Below are positions 53,052-63,262 of a DNA stretch of 64,000 bases, in pieces. The stretch spans positions 5,824,001 to 5,888,000 of the forward strand of contig OZ250169.1 of NCBI GenBank assembly GCA_965237955.1, given 5' to 3'. The DNA comes from Candidatus Marinacidobacterales bacterium. GTDB taxonomy: Bacteria; Acidobacteriota; Vicinamibacteria; Marinacidobacterales; SMYC01. Numbering within the stretch: the first letter of the stretch is position 1; every line of letters starts with the position of its first letter. The notes under the pieces are model-generated. The model saw only the letters and a list, made by a program, of their open reading frames with translations, did no database searches and was not told where the DNA came from. Both the position numbers and the translations under genes were made by a program.

Positions 53052-53891
53052 TCAAGCGAGAGCGAACTTCACTGTAACCGTCATCAGGATCGGTACCGGA
53101 GTCCCGCCGATGACGGTGGGCTCCTACTTCCAGCACTTGACCGCTTCGACGGCGGCGCCATCGAGCAGCGGAATGGAGCGCAGGATGCGCAGGTTCTCGA
53201 CGTTGCCCTCGCCGTTGATGGTGGCCTCGAGGATGACCAGACCCTCGACGCGCGCGGCGGTGACGATAGCGGGGTACACAGGATCGATGTGAACGAGTTT
53301 TTCGGGACGCTCGAACTCGCCGGTCACGACGTAGATCGTGGGCTCCGGTTCCGGTCCGCTCGGCACAAGAATCCCACCCAGGCCGCCAACCAACCCCCCG
53401 ATGACGCCGCCGGGAACGCCGTCCTCGACACCTTCGTCGAAGCCGAAACCCGTGAAGTCACCAATATCGCCCGGCATCGTCGAGGGTACGAGATCCGCGA
53501 GCCGCATCGGCGTCGCCACCACCGGTCGTTTGCTGGCAACACTCGCGGTCGACGTGGGCGTGGCGACGGCTGCCGGAGGTGGGGGAGGCGGTGTCGGAGC
53601 AAGCGGCGCAACCATCATGAACGTCTTGACGACGCGCGGCGCAGGAAGCTCACTTTCCGCTGTGACCGAGCGTAGAACCCAGAACCCGACGACGAGCGCC
53701 TGAAACGCGAGCGACACGCATAGCCAGCGGAGTCTTTTCGGTCGCGTACGGTCGCAGGGATCCGCGAACAGATCTTCGTTCGACGCGCCGCGCCAGGAAG
53801 TGCTTGTGTTTTCTTCCAGATCCGTGGAGTGTGCGTGTCTGTCTACGAGGTTCAACGTGATGAGCTCCCGTCCCGTCATACCTGCCCCCAA
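53052..53891 (-). pseudogene. Energy transducer TonB family protein with an in-frame TAG at 53126-53124
   Basis: TM anchor, Pro-rich linker, GVPGGVIGG, PVYP..ARVEGLVILEA; the frame continues WK*EPTVIGGTPVPILMTVTVKFALA. Confidence 0.75.
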
Positions 53892-53973
53892 TTCTGCGGC
53901 GCTGAATCACATGTCTAGTAGATAAGACGGACGTAACCGCGAAGTTGACCTTATTTGGGCCGTTACCGCCCGA

Positions 53974-55884
53974 TCAGGAGGTTTTCAGTCGAAGCTGGCG
54001 GGCGAGGACGGCGACGAGAACCGCGAGCCCGATGCCGTTCACGGCGCCCCACCCGCTTCCCGGAAAAAACAGCAGGGCGGCTGCAACGAGAACCGCGGCG
54101 CGATATGCGGGCGTCAACGGGCCGTGCAAATAACCCGCGATTCCGGCCGCGAGCGGAATGATGCCGAGGATGGCGATCGCAGCCGCGGATAGCGCGGTGA
54201 ACAGCCCGACGTTCGAGCCGTCGGCACTGAGGAAAAGGAGCTCGGGTCGGAACACGAACATGAACGGCAACGTGAACCCGACCAGTGCGAACCGGAACGC
54301 GGCCAGGGCGGTGCGCATGATGTCGCAGTCGGCGATCGACGCAGCAGCATAGGCGGCGAGCGCGACCGGAGGGGTGACCATCGACATCATCCCGAAATAG
54401 AAGATGAAGAAATGGGCCGCCAGCGGGACGACGCCGAGCCCGCCGATGATGGGACCAATGAGCGTCGCCATGAGCAGGTAGCAGACTGCCGACGGGAGTC
54501 CCATCCCCAAAACGATCGAGCCCACCATGATCAATATCAGCGCCAGCAACAAGTTCTCACCCGCGAGGAGCAGGATCGTCGAGGGAAACTTCGTCCCGAT
54601 GCCGGTGAGTGTGACCACTCCGAGGATAATCCCGACCGTCGCGGCCGCGGCAACGAGCGGAACCCCGCCTTTCGCAGTTCGTGTGAACACGCGCTGGATT
54701 GCACTCCATGTGAGGCGCGTTCTCGCGTGAAAAAAGCTGAGACCCACCACAGCCGCGATCGCGAGGCTCACCGAGCGGAACACGGTGTAGCCGAGCAGAA
54801 GAAACCCTATGAGGGAGCCGAGGGTCAGGACGAAGACGATCCCTTCGTACATCAAACCGGAGGAGTCCGAGTCTTTCCGAGGCGCGGCAGGCACGTCTTG
54901 CATCCCGATCCGCTGCGAGTAGAAGTGAACGATGAGAAACAGAGCGAGATAGTAAATGAGCGCAGGGATCAGCGCAGCGCGGATCACTTCGATATAGGTG
55001 ACCGGCGGTGAAACGAGCTCGAGCATCATGTAGGCGCCGGCACCCATGACCGGTGGCACCAGCGCGCCTCCCGAGCTGGCCGCGGCGGTGACGCCGGCGG
55101 CGATATGGGGCTTGAACCCAATACTGCGCATCAGCGGAATCGTGAACGTTCCCATCGTCGCGGTGTTCGCGACCGCACTTCCCGATAGCGAGCCCATCAA
55201 GCCGCTGCTGAGAACCGCCACCTTCGCGGCACCGCCGGGCGAGTTCCGGAAAAGACGCTGCGCGAACGCGACGATGAATCCGCTGGCTCCGGTCGCCTCG
55301 AGCAACGCTCCGAAAAGCACGAACAAGAACACGTAGCTGAACATCACTTTGAGAGCGATGCCGAACACACCTTGGCTGTGTAAGAACGTCTGCGCGACGA
55401 TACGTTCCACCGAGTAACCACGATGGGGAAAGAGCCAAGACGGGAATTGTGAACCGAAGAGTGCGTAGAGAACGAAGAGCGAGGACAGGATCGGCAGCGC
55501 CCAGCCGAGACATCGCCGCGCGGCTTCGAGAACGAGGAGAACCCCGAGCCCGCCGACGAAGAAGTCGAGCGAGGACTCGGCCCCGGCTCGATCGCCGAGG
55601 GACGAGCCAGAGGTCCACATCGATTCGAACCGGGGCTCGGTCTGGACGACGACGTAGAGGCATACGAAGGCGGACGCGAGAGACGCGAGCGCATCGATCA
55701 ACCGCCCAACGCGCTCCGGCTTTTGGGTTGGAAAGAACAAGAAGCAAAGAACGAGACCGAAGAGGGCGAAAATCGCTAGCTGCGACTGCGGTGAGAGCTG
55801 TGCGTAGTTGGCTTCGACGAGAACGAAGACCGACAGGCCTATCGACAGCGCAAGAATGAGGTGCCCGCGGAACGCGGTGGGCAT
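53974..55884 (-). CDS. TRAP transporter fused 4TM/12TM permease (TAXI type)
   Basis: GGAAKVAV.SSGLMGSLSGSAVAN, ASSGG..PPVMGAGA, LGMGLP, TPPVALAAYAAA. Confidence 0.92.
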   Translation of the reverse strand: MPTAFRGHLILALSIGLSVFVLVEANYAQLSPQSQLAIFALFGLVLCFLFFPTQKPERVGRLIDALASLASAFVCLYVVVQTEPRFESMWTSGSSLGDRAGAESSLDFFVGGLGVLLVLEAARRCLGWALPILSSLFVLYALFGSQFPSWLFPHRGYSVERIVAQTFLHSQGVFGIALKVMFSYVFLFVLFGALLEATGASGFIVAFAQRLFRNSPGGAAKVAVLSSGLMGSLSGSAVANTATMGTFTIPLMRSIGFKPHIAAGVTAAASSGGALVPPVMGAGAYMMLELVSPPVTYIEVIRAALIPALIYYLALFLIVHFYSQRIGMQDVPAAPRKDSDSSGLMYEGIVFVLTLGSLIGFLLLGYTVFRSVSLAIAAVVGLSFFHARTRLTWSAIQRVFTRTAKGGVPLVAAAATVGIILGVVTLTGIGTKFPSTILLLAGENLLLALILIMVGSIVLGMGLPSAVCYLLMATLIGPIIGGLGVVPLAAHFFIFYFGMMSMVTPPVALAAYAAASIADCDIMRTALAAFRFALVGFTLPFMFVFRPELLFLSADGSNVGLFTALSAAAIAILGIIPLAAGIAGYLHGPLTPAYRAAVLVAAALLFFPGSGWGAVNGIGLAVLVAVLARQLRLKTS

Positions 55885-55892
55885 GCGAGTGG

Positions 55893-56064
55893 TCAGCTTT
55901 CAGGCCAGATGCCGAGCTCGCGGTAATAGCGAACCGCGCCCGGATGAAATTCCACGCAGGTATCGCGAACGACGTTTTCGGGATTGATGGGTCATCTGAT
56001 AAACGAGCGCTCCGGTGGCAATGACCATCGCAACGATGGCTGACAGAAGAGGTTGATGTCGCAT
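55893..56064 (-). pseudogene. TAXI TRAP solute receptor with a large internal deletion
   Basis: Signal MRHQPLLSAIVAMVIATG joined to LVYQMT and to C-terminal FHPGAVRYYRELGIW. Confidence 0.7.
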
Positions 56065-56112
56065 CGGCGGCGATGATAGTGGCGACCTGAGGCCGAAGCA
56101 AGCCCTGATGGT

Positions 56113-58242
56113 TTACAGCTTGACGTCGACGCTGAAAAAAGCCGAGATCGGAGGAGCGGGAATCACGGACGTAGCGCCGAAGCCGCGCAAGAAATACTCG
56201 CGATCGGTCAGATTCTTCACGTTGAGTCGTAGCTGGACCGCACCGATGCGGTAGAAGATCATCGCGTCGAACGTCAGCACACCGTCGAGCGCGAACAGGT
56301 TGTCCTCGGCGATGAACTGATGGCTCACATAGCGCCCGCCGCCACCGATGCCCCAATTCGAGGCGAAGTCGTGGCTGAGCCAGAAATTCAGAATGTGTTT
56401 CGGTGCGAACGCCGGATCGTTGCCCGAACGATCGAAAACCACGACCGCCGGCGGCGCAATCGAGACGACGACGGCTTCGCTGAAATTGGTGAGCTCGGAG
56501 TCGTTGAACGCGTACGAGACAAAAGCTCTCGAGCGCGAGCTCGGTTGCGCCGCGAAATCGATCTCGAATCCGCGCGAGCGTTGGTTGCCGGTCTGCTGCG
56601 TGAAGCCGGTGTCGTCCGGGATCGGGATGTTCTCGCGTTCGAGTTGATAGACGGCGAACGTCGTCTCCGCGTTCAAGGCACCGAAGCGCTTCTTGACGCC
56701 GGCTTCGATCTGAGTGCTTCGCTCGGGCACGAGCTCACCGATGACCCGCGGTGATGGCGGGGCGAACGATCGCGAGAAGTTTCCGTAGATCGAAAGCTCG
56801 TCGTTGGGTGCCGCGAGAATTCCGACCATGGGGGAGAACTCGGTGTCGTTGCGCTCGCGTGCGCTAGCCTCGTCCTTGAAATCGATATTGTCGACGCGCC
56901 CGCCTATTAACACGTTCACGTACTCACCGAGCTCGATCTGGTCGATCACGTACGGAGCGATGACGATGCTTCGGGAATCTCCGGCGAAGCCCACGCCCGG
57001 AAGAGGAATCGGCTCGGAGCCCGGGGGCTCGACGGGGTCGAATAGATCGACAAGAGGGAGAAGGCTCACGTCGAGGGTGAACACGTCCGCGTAGCGGGCG
57101 AGCTCGAGCCCAGTCAACAAGCTGTGTCGTACCGCGCCGGTGTCGAAGGAGAAGATTGCTTCGAACTGGTTTCCAGTGAGATCTTGCCGGTCGTCGAGCT
57201 CGAGAAGACTGCGGATGAGACCGAACGATGTCGGCCCGGTCGGAATGGCGCCGTTGAAGATGGTGCCGTTCGTCATCCAGTCGAGATCGCGCCGATAGAA
57301 CTTGTCACGTATCGTGACCGAGCTCGAGATTACTTTTTGGTAGTCCGCCTGGAAGCGAAAGACTTCCTGTTCGGACATGTCGAGCGGTGACTGGTAGTTG
57401 GTGTCGAGCTCGACGGGCGCAATCTCGTTACCAAGAGCCGGGATACCGCTATCCGGCGTGAAGTCCGCGTTCATGTACTCGAAGTTGACGTTGAGATTCG
57501 AGGTGTCGTCGAATCGCCACGTCAGCGCGGGGTTGATGGCGGCGGTGCGTCCGCCCTTGCCCTCGCGATGGCTCCCTTGGTCACGGAAGAGTCCGTTCAA
57601 GCGAAACGACACGGGGTTGTCGACGCTTCCGGTGTTCCAATCGAAGGAACCCTCGTAGTTGTCGAACGAGCCCGCGGCCAGATGGAAATCGAGGAAATTA
57701 GCCGGCGCGGGCTGTTTTCTGACGAGGTTGATCGCCCCCGCCAACGGGTTGCTCCCATAGAGAAAACCGCCCGGCCCTTTCAGCACTTCCACGCGCTCCA
57801 CGTTGTAGAGCTGGTAGAAGGTCGCTTCCGGCTCGGCGGCTCCGTCGGTGAGCACGAGAGCACTCGACAACGAATCGAATCCGCGGATGTAGAAGAAATC
57901 GTGGACCCCGTTTTGCGTTTGAATATTAATGTTACTGACGTTCACCAAAGCGTCGCCGACCACTCGATCGAACTGCTCGTTGAACAACGGCGCGGTCACG
58001 ACACCGACGTTACTCGGCGTCAGCCGTAACTCGAGAGGGAGGCGAGCAATCACCGTATTCGAGTTGGGCACGTAGGGCAGTGAATCTTCGACGTAGACGT
58101 ACTCCTCCACTTCCGGACGAGGCGCTCCGGAGGTTGTCTTCTCCGGGTCGCCGTCCGTTTTTTGCTCTTGTGGGTGAGCGAGACCCGCAAACAGCGTGAT
58201 GGCGGCTAGTAGAAACGCGATCGTTCCATGCTTATGGCCCAT
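56113..58242 (-). CDS. TonB-dependent siderophore-type receptor
   Basis: Signal peptide, FYIRGF, NVERVEVLKGPGGFLYG..AGAINLVRKQP, NVKNLTDREY; GGAG RBS. Confidence 0.92.
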   Translation of the reverse strand: MGHKHGTIAFLLAAITLFAGLAHPQEQKTDGDPEKTTSGAPRPEVEEYVYVEDSLPYVPNSNTVIARLPLELRLTPSNVGVVTAPLFNEQFDRVVGDALVNVSNINIQTQNGVHDFFYIRGFDSLSSALVLTDGAAEPEATFYQLYNVERVEVLKGPGGFLYGSNPLAGAINLVRKQPAPANFLDFHLAAGSFDNYEGSFDWNTGSVDNPVSFRLNGLFRDQGSHREGKGGRTAAINPALTWRFDDTSNLNVNFEYMNADFTPDSGIPALGNEIAPVELDTNYQSPLDMSEQEVFRFQADYQKVISSSVTIRDKFYRRDLDWMTNGTIFNGAIPTGPTSFGLIRSLLELDDRQDLTGNQFEAIFSFDTGAVRHSLLTGLELARYADVFTLDVSLLPLVDLFDPVEPPGSEPIPLPGVGFAGDSRSIVIAPYVIDQIELGEYVNVLIGGRVDNIDFKDEASARERNDTEFSPMVGILAAPNDELSIYGNFSRSFAPPSPRVIGELVPERSTQIEAGVKKRFGALNAETTFAVYQLERENIPIPDDTGFTQQTGNQRSRGFEIDFAAQPSSRSRAFVSYAFNDSELTNFSEAVVVSIAPPAVVVFDRSGNDPAFAPKHILNFWLSHDFASNWGIGGGGRYVSHQFIAEDNLFALDGVLTFDAMIFYRIGAVQLRLNVKNLTDREYFLRGFGATSVIPAPPISAFFSVDVKL

Positions 58243-58284
58243 TCAATCTCCGTGCTCAAGAACGCCCCGGCAATGCAATTCGCC

Positions 58285-58313
58285 ATCATAGATAGGGGGG
58301 GACTTGGCCGCAA
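58285..58313 (-). promoter_or_regulatory. Sigma70-like promoter facing the TonB receptor (copies at 60019-60047 and 63294-63322)
   Basis: Minus strand TTGCGG-17 bp-TATGAT, 42 bp upstream of ATG 58242. Confidence 0.55.
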
Positions 58314-58466
58314 ATCTCGTCGCTTTACATTCGGAGAGCGCTGAAATACTTTGGAGTCCTCAGACACTCTCCATGAGAGGACCGATCGGTGAAACGATTC
58401 AACGCCATCTTCAACTGGCACGAAGAGCTGCTTAGGCTGGTTCCGGTGAATTGAGTGGGGATGTGA

Positions 58467-58709
58467 TGGACGCAGCTCGCGAAAGAACATGAAAAACATT
58501 TCCGGTTAAGGCAGACTGGTGCGGTCCGGAGCGGTGAGATCGACGAACCAGTGGGGCCGTTGAGACCGTTCAACTGGCTGATCCGGCGTGTGCGTTGGTA
58601 GAGCGAATAAGTAGGCGTCGCCGTGAGCGCTTTGTCCACGGTGCGAGCCTGAGATCCTGATTAATGAAGTTGATTAGCACGCGCTCCGCTGCGGCGATGA
58701 GGAGGAGCG
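58467..58709 (+). ncRNA. Putative IS110 bridge RNA region (repeated at 60201, 61742, 63476)
   Basis: 243-bp non-coding leader with stems (CCAGT/ACTGG, CCGGA/TCCGG, GAGC/GCTC) and GATCCTG matching the right end plus core. Confidence 0.6.
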
Positions 58710-59987
58710 ATGCCAAACCGGATTGCTGGGATAGACGTTCACAAGAAGATGCTGGCGGTGGTGGTCGCCGACATCGCAGTAGAGGGCGAGTATAAGTTTT
58801 CGCGCCGGCGTGTGGGTACGAGACCGAGTGAGCTTCGGGCTCTGGCGGAGTGGCTGGTGGCCGAGGGGGTCGATGAAGTAGTGATGGAATCGACCGCGCA
58901 ATATTGGCGCCCGGTGTGGGAGGCGTTGGAGCGGTCCTGGGCTCCGCAGTGCCGAGCTCGGCCGGGCGCGGGTGCGCAGTCGGGCAACTTGCATCTGGCG
59001 CAAGCAAAGTCGAATCGCGGCGCGCGGGGTCGGAAGCGGGATTTTCCGGATGCCGAACGATTGGTGAAGCGTTTGGTGGCGCAGGAGCTGACTCTAAGCT
59101 TCGTTCCCGAGCCGGAGCAGCGCCTGTGGCGAACGGTGATGCGCCGCAAGTACCAGTTCACGCGTAACCGGGTTCAGCTCCAAAACCGCCTAGAGTCGTT
59201 GCTGGAGGAAGCGCATCTAAAGTTGTCGAGCCTGGTGTCGGATCTTCTGGGGCTGAGTGCGCGGCAGATGTTGCAAGCCTTGGCGGACGGGGAAACGGAG
59301 CCGGCCCGCTTGGCGGAGTTGGCCGACCGTCGATTGCGTGCCACGCCCGAGCAGTTGTGCGATGCGCTCGGCGCGTGTGCCGATCTCAACCCCGTCTATC
59401 GGAAGCTCGTGCAAATGACGCTCGAGGAATTACGATTGCTCGAAGAGCAGAGCGCGCAACTCGATGAAGAGATGGCGCATCTGCTCGGCGAGCATCAAGC
59501 AGCTGTGCAACGACTCGCTGAAGTGCCTGGGCTCGGCGTGGATTCGGCGCAGCAGATCATCGCGGAAGTCGGGGCGAGCGCCGAGACGTTTCCGTCGGCC
59601 AAGCACCTCGCGTCCTGGGTGGGCGTGTGCCCCGGAGAGCACGAAAGCGCCGGCAAAAGCTACAGCCATCGCTCGCCCAAAGGCAGTCGGCCGATGCGCC
59701 GCCTCCTCAATCAAGCCGCCAACGCGGCCGTCAAGACCAAAGGGAGTTTCTTCCAGCTCGTGTACCGGCGGTTGGTTCCACGCCTGGGGCACGCGCAAGC
59801 CATCTGGGCCGTTGCCCATCGGTTGTGTCGTTTAATCTGGAAGATTCTCCACCAGGGCGTTGACTATGAGGAACGTGGCCCCGACGTTAGCCGCGCGCGC
59901 TCCAAACGACGCATTGCCAATATGATCCGCGACCTGCGCAAACTCGGATATCACATCGAGCCTTCTCTACGGGGAGATCCAGCATGA
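58710..59987 (+). CDS. IS110 family recombinase/transposase, copy 1
   Basis: DEDD motif (GIDVHK, VMEST, KRDFPDA) and Tnp_20 domain (VPGLG, HESAGK). Confidence 0.95.
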   Translation: MPNRIAGIDVHKKMLAVVVADIAVEGEYKFSRRRVGTRPSELRALAEWLVAEGVDEVVMESTAQYWRPVWEALERSWAPQCRARPGAGAQSGNLHLAQAKSNRGARGRKRDFPDAERLVKRLVAQELTLSFVPEPEQRLWRTVMRRKYQFTRNRVQLQNRLESLLEEAHLKLSSLVSDLLGLSARQMLQALADGETEPARLAELADRRLRATPEQLCDALGACADLNPVYRKLVQMTLEELRLLEEQSAQLDEEMAHLLGEHQAAVQRLAEVPGLGVDSAQQIIAEVGASAETFPSAKHLASWVGVCPGEHESAGKSYSHRSPKGSRPMRRLLNQAANAAVKTKGSFFQLVYRRLVPRLGHAQAIWAVAHRLCRLIWKILHQGVDYEERGPDVSRARSKRRIANMIRDLRKLGYHIEPSLRGDPA

Positions 59988-60443
59988 CGATAGATGTTTT
60001 TCGATCCTGCAATTCGCCATCATAGATAGGGGGGGACTTGGCCGCAAATCTCGTCGCTTTACATTCGGAGAGCGCTGAAATACTTTGGAGTCCTCAGACA
60101 CTCTCCATGAGAGGACCGATCGGTGAAACGATTCAACGCCATCTTCAACTGGCACGAAGAGCTGCTTAGGCTGGTTCCGGTGAATTGAGTGGGGATGTGA
60201 TGGACGCAGCTCGCGAAAGAACATGAAAAACATTTCCGGTTAAGGCAGACTGGTGCGGTCCGGAGCGGTGAGATCGACGAACCAGTGGGGCCGTTGAGAC
60301 CGTTCAACTGGCTGATCCGGCGTGTGCGTTGGTAGAGCGAATAAGTAGGCGTCGCCGTGAGCGCTTTGTCCACGGTGCGAGCCTGAGATCCTGATTAATG
60401 AAGTTGATTAGCACGCGCTCCGCTGCGGCGATGAGGAGGAGCG

Positions 60444-61721
60444 ATGCCAAACCGGATTGCTGGGATAGACGTTCACAAGAAGATGCTGGCGGTGGTGGTC
60501 GCCGACATCGCAGTAGAGGGCGAGTATAAGTTTTCGCGCCGGCGTGTGGGCACGAGACCGAGTGAGCTTCGGGCTCTGGCGGAGTGGCTGGTGGCCGAGG
60601 GGGTCGATGAAGTAGTGATGGAATCGACCGCGCAATATTGGCGCCCGGTGTGGGAGGCGTTGGAGCGGTCCTGGGCTCCGCAGTGCCGAGCTCGGCCGGG
60701 CGCGGGTGCGCAGTCGGGCAACTTGCATCTGGCGCAAGCAAAGTCGAATCGCGGCGCGCGGGGTCGGAAGCGGGATTTTCCGGATGCCGAACGATTGGTG
60801 AAGCGTTTGGTGGCGCAGGAGCTGACTCTAAGCTTCGTTCCCGAGCCGGAGCAGCGCCTGTGGCGAACGGTGATGCGCCGCAAGTACCAGTTCACGCGTA
60901 ACCGGGTTCAGCTCCAAAACCGCCTAGAGTCGTTGCTGGAGGAAGCGCATCTAAAGTTGTCGAGCCTGGTGTCGGATCTTCTGGGGCTGAGTGCGCGGCG
61001 GATGTTGCAAGCCTTGGCGGACGGGGAAACGGAGCCGGCCCGCTTGGCGGAGTTGGCCGACCGTCGATTGCGTGCCACGCCCGAGCAGTTGTGCGATGCG
61101 CTCGGCGCGTGTGCCGATCTCAACCCCGTCTATCGGAAGCTCGTGCAAATGACGCTCGAGGAATTACGATTGCTCGAAGAGCAGAGCGCGCAACTCGATG
61201 AAGAGATGGCGCATCTGCTCGGCGAGCATCAAGCAGCTGTGCAACGACTCGCTGAAGTGCCTGGGCTCGGCGTGGATTCGGCGCAGCAGATCATCGCGGA
61301 AGTCGGGGCGAGCGCCGAGACGTTTCCGTCGGCCAAGCACCTCGCGTCCTGGGTGGGCGTGTGCCCCGGAGAGCACGAAAGCGCCGGCAAAAGCTACAGC
61401 CATCGCTCGCCCAAAGGCAGTCGGCCGATGCGCCGCCTCCTCAATCAAGCCGCCAACGCGGCCGTCAAGACCAAAGGGAGTTTCTTCCAGCTCGTGTACC
61501 GGCGCTTGGTTCCACGCCTGGGGCACGCGCAAGCCATCTGGGCCGTTGCCCATCGGTTGTGTCGTTTAATCTGGAAGATTCTCCACCAGGGCGTTGACTA
61601 TGAGGAACGTGGCCCCGACGTTAGCCGCGCGCGCTCCAAACGACGCATTGCCAATATGATCCGCGACCTGCGCAAACTCGGATATCACATCGAGCCTTCT
61701 CTACGGGGAGATCCAGCATGA
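60444..61721 (+). CDS. IS110 family recombinase/transposase, copy 2
   Basis: As copy 1 with one Q>R change. Confidence 0.95.
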   Translation: MPNRIAGIDVHKKMLAVVVADIAVEGEYKFSRRRVGTRPSELRALAEWLVAEGVDEVVMESTAQYWRPVWEALERSWAPQCRARPGAGAQSGNLHLAQAKSNRGARGRKRDFPDAERLVKRLVAQELTLSFVPEPEQRLWRTVMRRKYQFTRNRVQLQNRLESLLEEAHLKLSSLVSDLLGLSARRMLQALADGETEPARLAELADRRLRATPEQLCDALGACADLNPVYRKLVQMTLEELRLLEEQSAQLDEEMAHLLGEHQAAVQRLAEVPGLGVDSAQQIIAEVGASAETFPSAKHLASWVGVCPGEHESAGKSYSHRSPKGSRPMRRLLNQAANAAVKTKGSFFQLVYRRLVPRLGHAQAIWAVAHRLCRLIWKILHQGVDYEERGPDVSRARSKRRIANMIRDLRKLGYHIEPSLRGDPA

Positions 61722-61984
61722 CGATAGATGTTTTTCGATCCTGGACGCAGCTCGCGAAAGAACATGAAAAACATTTCCGGTTAAGGCAGACTGGTGCGGT
61801 CCGGAGCGGTGAGATCGACGAACCAGTGGGGCCGTTGAGACCGTTCAACTGGCTGATCCGGCGTGTGCGTTGGTAGAGCGAATAAGTAGGCGTCGCCGTG
61901 AGCGCTTTGTCCACGGTGCGAGCCTGAGATCCTGATTAATGAAGTTGATTAGCACGCGCTCCGCTGCGGCGATGAGGAGGAGCG

Positions 61985-63262
61985 ATGCCAAACCGGATTG
62001 CTGGGATAGACGTTCACAAGAAGATGCTGGCGGTGGTGGTCGCCGACATCGCAGTAGAGGGCGAGTATAAGTTTTCGCGCCGGCGTGTGGGTACGAGACC
62101 GAGTGAGCTTCGGGCTCTGGCGGAGTGGCTGGTGGCCGAGGGGGTCGATGAAGTAGTGATGGAATCGACCGCGCAATATTGGCGCCCGGTGTGGGAGGCG
62201 TTGGAGCGGTCCTGGGCTCCGCAGTGCCGAGCTCGGCCGGGCGCGGGTGCGCAGTCGGGCAACTTGCATCTGGCGCAAGCAAAGTCGAATCGCGGCGCGC
62301 GGGGTCGGAAGCGGGATTTTCCGGATGCCGAACGATTGGTGAAGCGTTTGGTGGCGCAGGAGCTGACTCTAAGCTTCGTTCCCGAGCCGGAGCAGCGCCT
62401 GTGGCGAACGGTGATGCGCCGCAAGTACCAGTTCACGCGTAACCGGGTTCAGCTCCAAAACCGCCTAGAGTCGTTGCTGGAGGAAGCGCATCTAAAGTTG
62501 TCGAGCCTGGTGTCGGATCTTCTGGGGCTGAGTGCGCGGCAGATGTTGCAAGCCTTGGCGGACGGGGAAACGGAGCCGGCCCGCTTGGCGGAGTTGGCCG
62601 ACCGTCGATTGCGTGCCACGCCCGAGCAGTTGTGCGATGCGCTCGGCGCGTGTGCCGATCTCAACCCCGTCTATCGGAAGCTCGTGCAAATGACGCTCGA
62701 GGAATTACGATTGCTCGAAGAGCAGAGCGCGCAACTCGATGAAGAGATGGCGCATCTGCTCGGCGAGCATCAAGCAGCTGTGCAACGACTCGCTGAAGTG
62801 CCTGGGCTCGGCGTGGATTCGGCGCAGCAGATCATCGCGGAAGTCGGGGCGAGCGCCGAGACGTTTCCGTCGGCCAAGCACCTCGCGTCCTGGGTGGGCG
62901 TGTGCCCCGGAGAGCACGAAAGCGCCGGCAAAAGCTACAGCCATCGCTCGCCCAAAGGCAGTCGGCCGATGCGCCGCCTCCTCAATCAAGCCGCCAACGC
63001 GGCCGTCAAGACCAAAGGGAGTTTCTTCCAGCTCGTGTACCGGCGCTTGGTTCCACGCCTGGGGCACGCGCAAGCCATCTGGGCCGTTGCCCATCGGTTG
63101 TGTCGTTTAATCTGGAAGATTCTCCACCAGGGCGTTGACTATGAGGAACGTGGCCCCGACGTTAGCCGCGCGCGCTCCAAACGACGCATTGCCAATATGA
63201 TCCGCGACCTGCGCAAACTCGGATATCACATCGAGCCTTCTCTACGGGGAGATCCAGCATGA
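61985..63262 (+). CDS. IS110 family recombinase/transposase, copy 3
   Basis: Same protein as copy 1. Confidence 0.95.
   Translation: MPNRIAGIDVHKKMLAVVVADIAVEGEYKFSRRRVGTRPSELRALAEWLVAEGVDEVVMESTAQYWRPVWEALERSWAPQCRARPGAGAQSGNLHLAQAKSNRGARGRKRDFPDAERLVKRLVAQELTLSFVPEPEQRLWRTVMRRKYQFTRNRVQLQNRLESLLEEAHLKLSSLVSDLLGLSARQMLQALADGETEPARLAELADRRLRATPEQLCDALGACADLNPVYRKLVQMTLEELRLLEEQSAQLDEEMAHLLGEHQAAVQRLAEVPGLGVDSAQQIIAEVGASAETFPSAKHLASWVGVCPGEHESAGKSYSHRSPKGSRPMRRLLNQAANAAVKTKGSFFQLVYRRLVPRLGHAQAIWAVAHRLCRLIWKILHQGVDYEERGPDVSRARSKRRIANMIRDLRKLGYHIEPSLRGDPA

Noticed and set aside
53124-53126. In-frame TAG in the TonB gene as possible pyrrolysine or amber recoding
   Set aside because: It sits where Tyr is expected (WKYEP), one substitution from TAY. 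Many neighbouring genes end in TAG and no pyl genes are seen, so nonsense mutation or error is simpler
58389-58454. 21-codon ORF (VKRFNAIFNWHEELLRLVPVN) with an RBS-like AGAGGA in the 193-bp segment
   Set aside because: Too short to support without conservation or expression data
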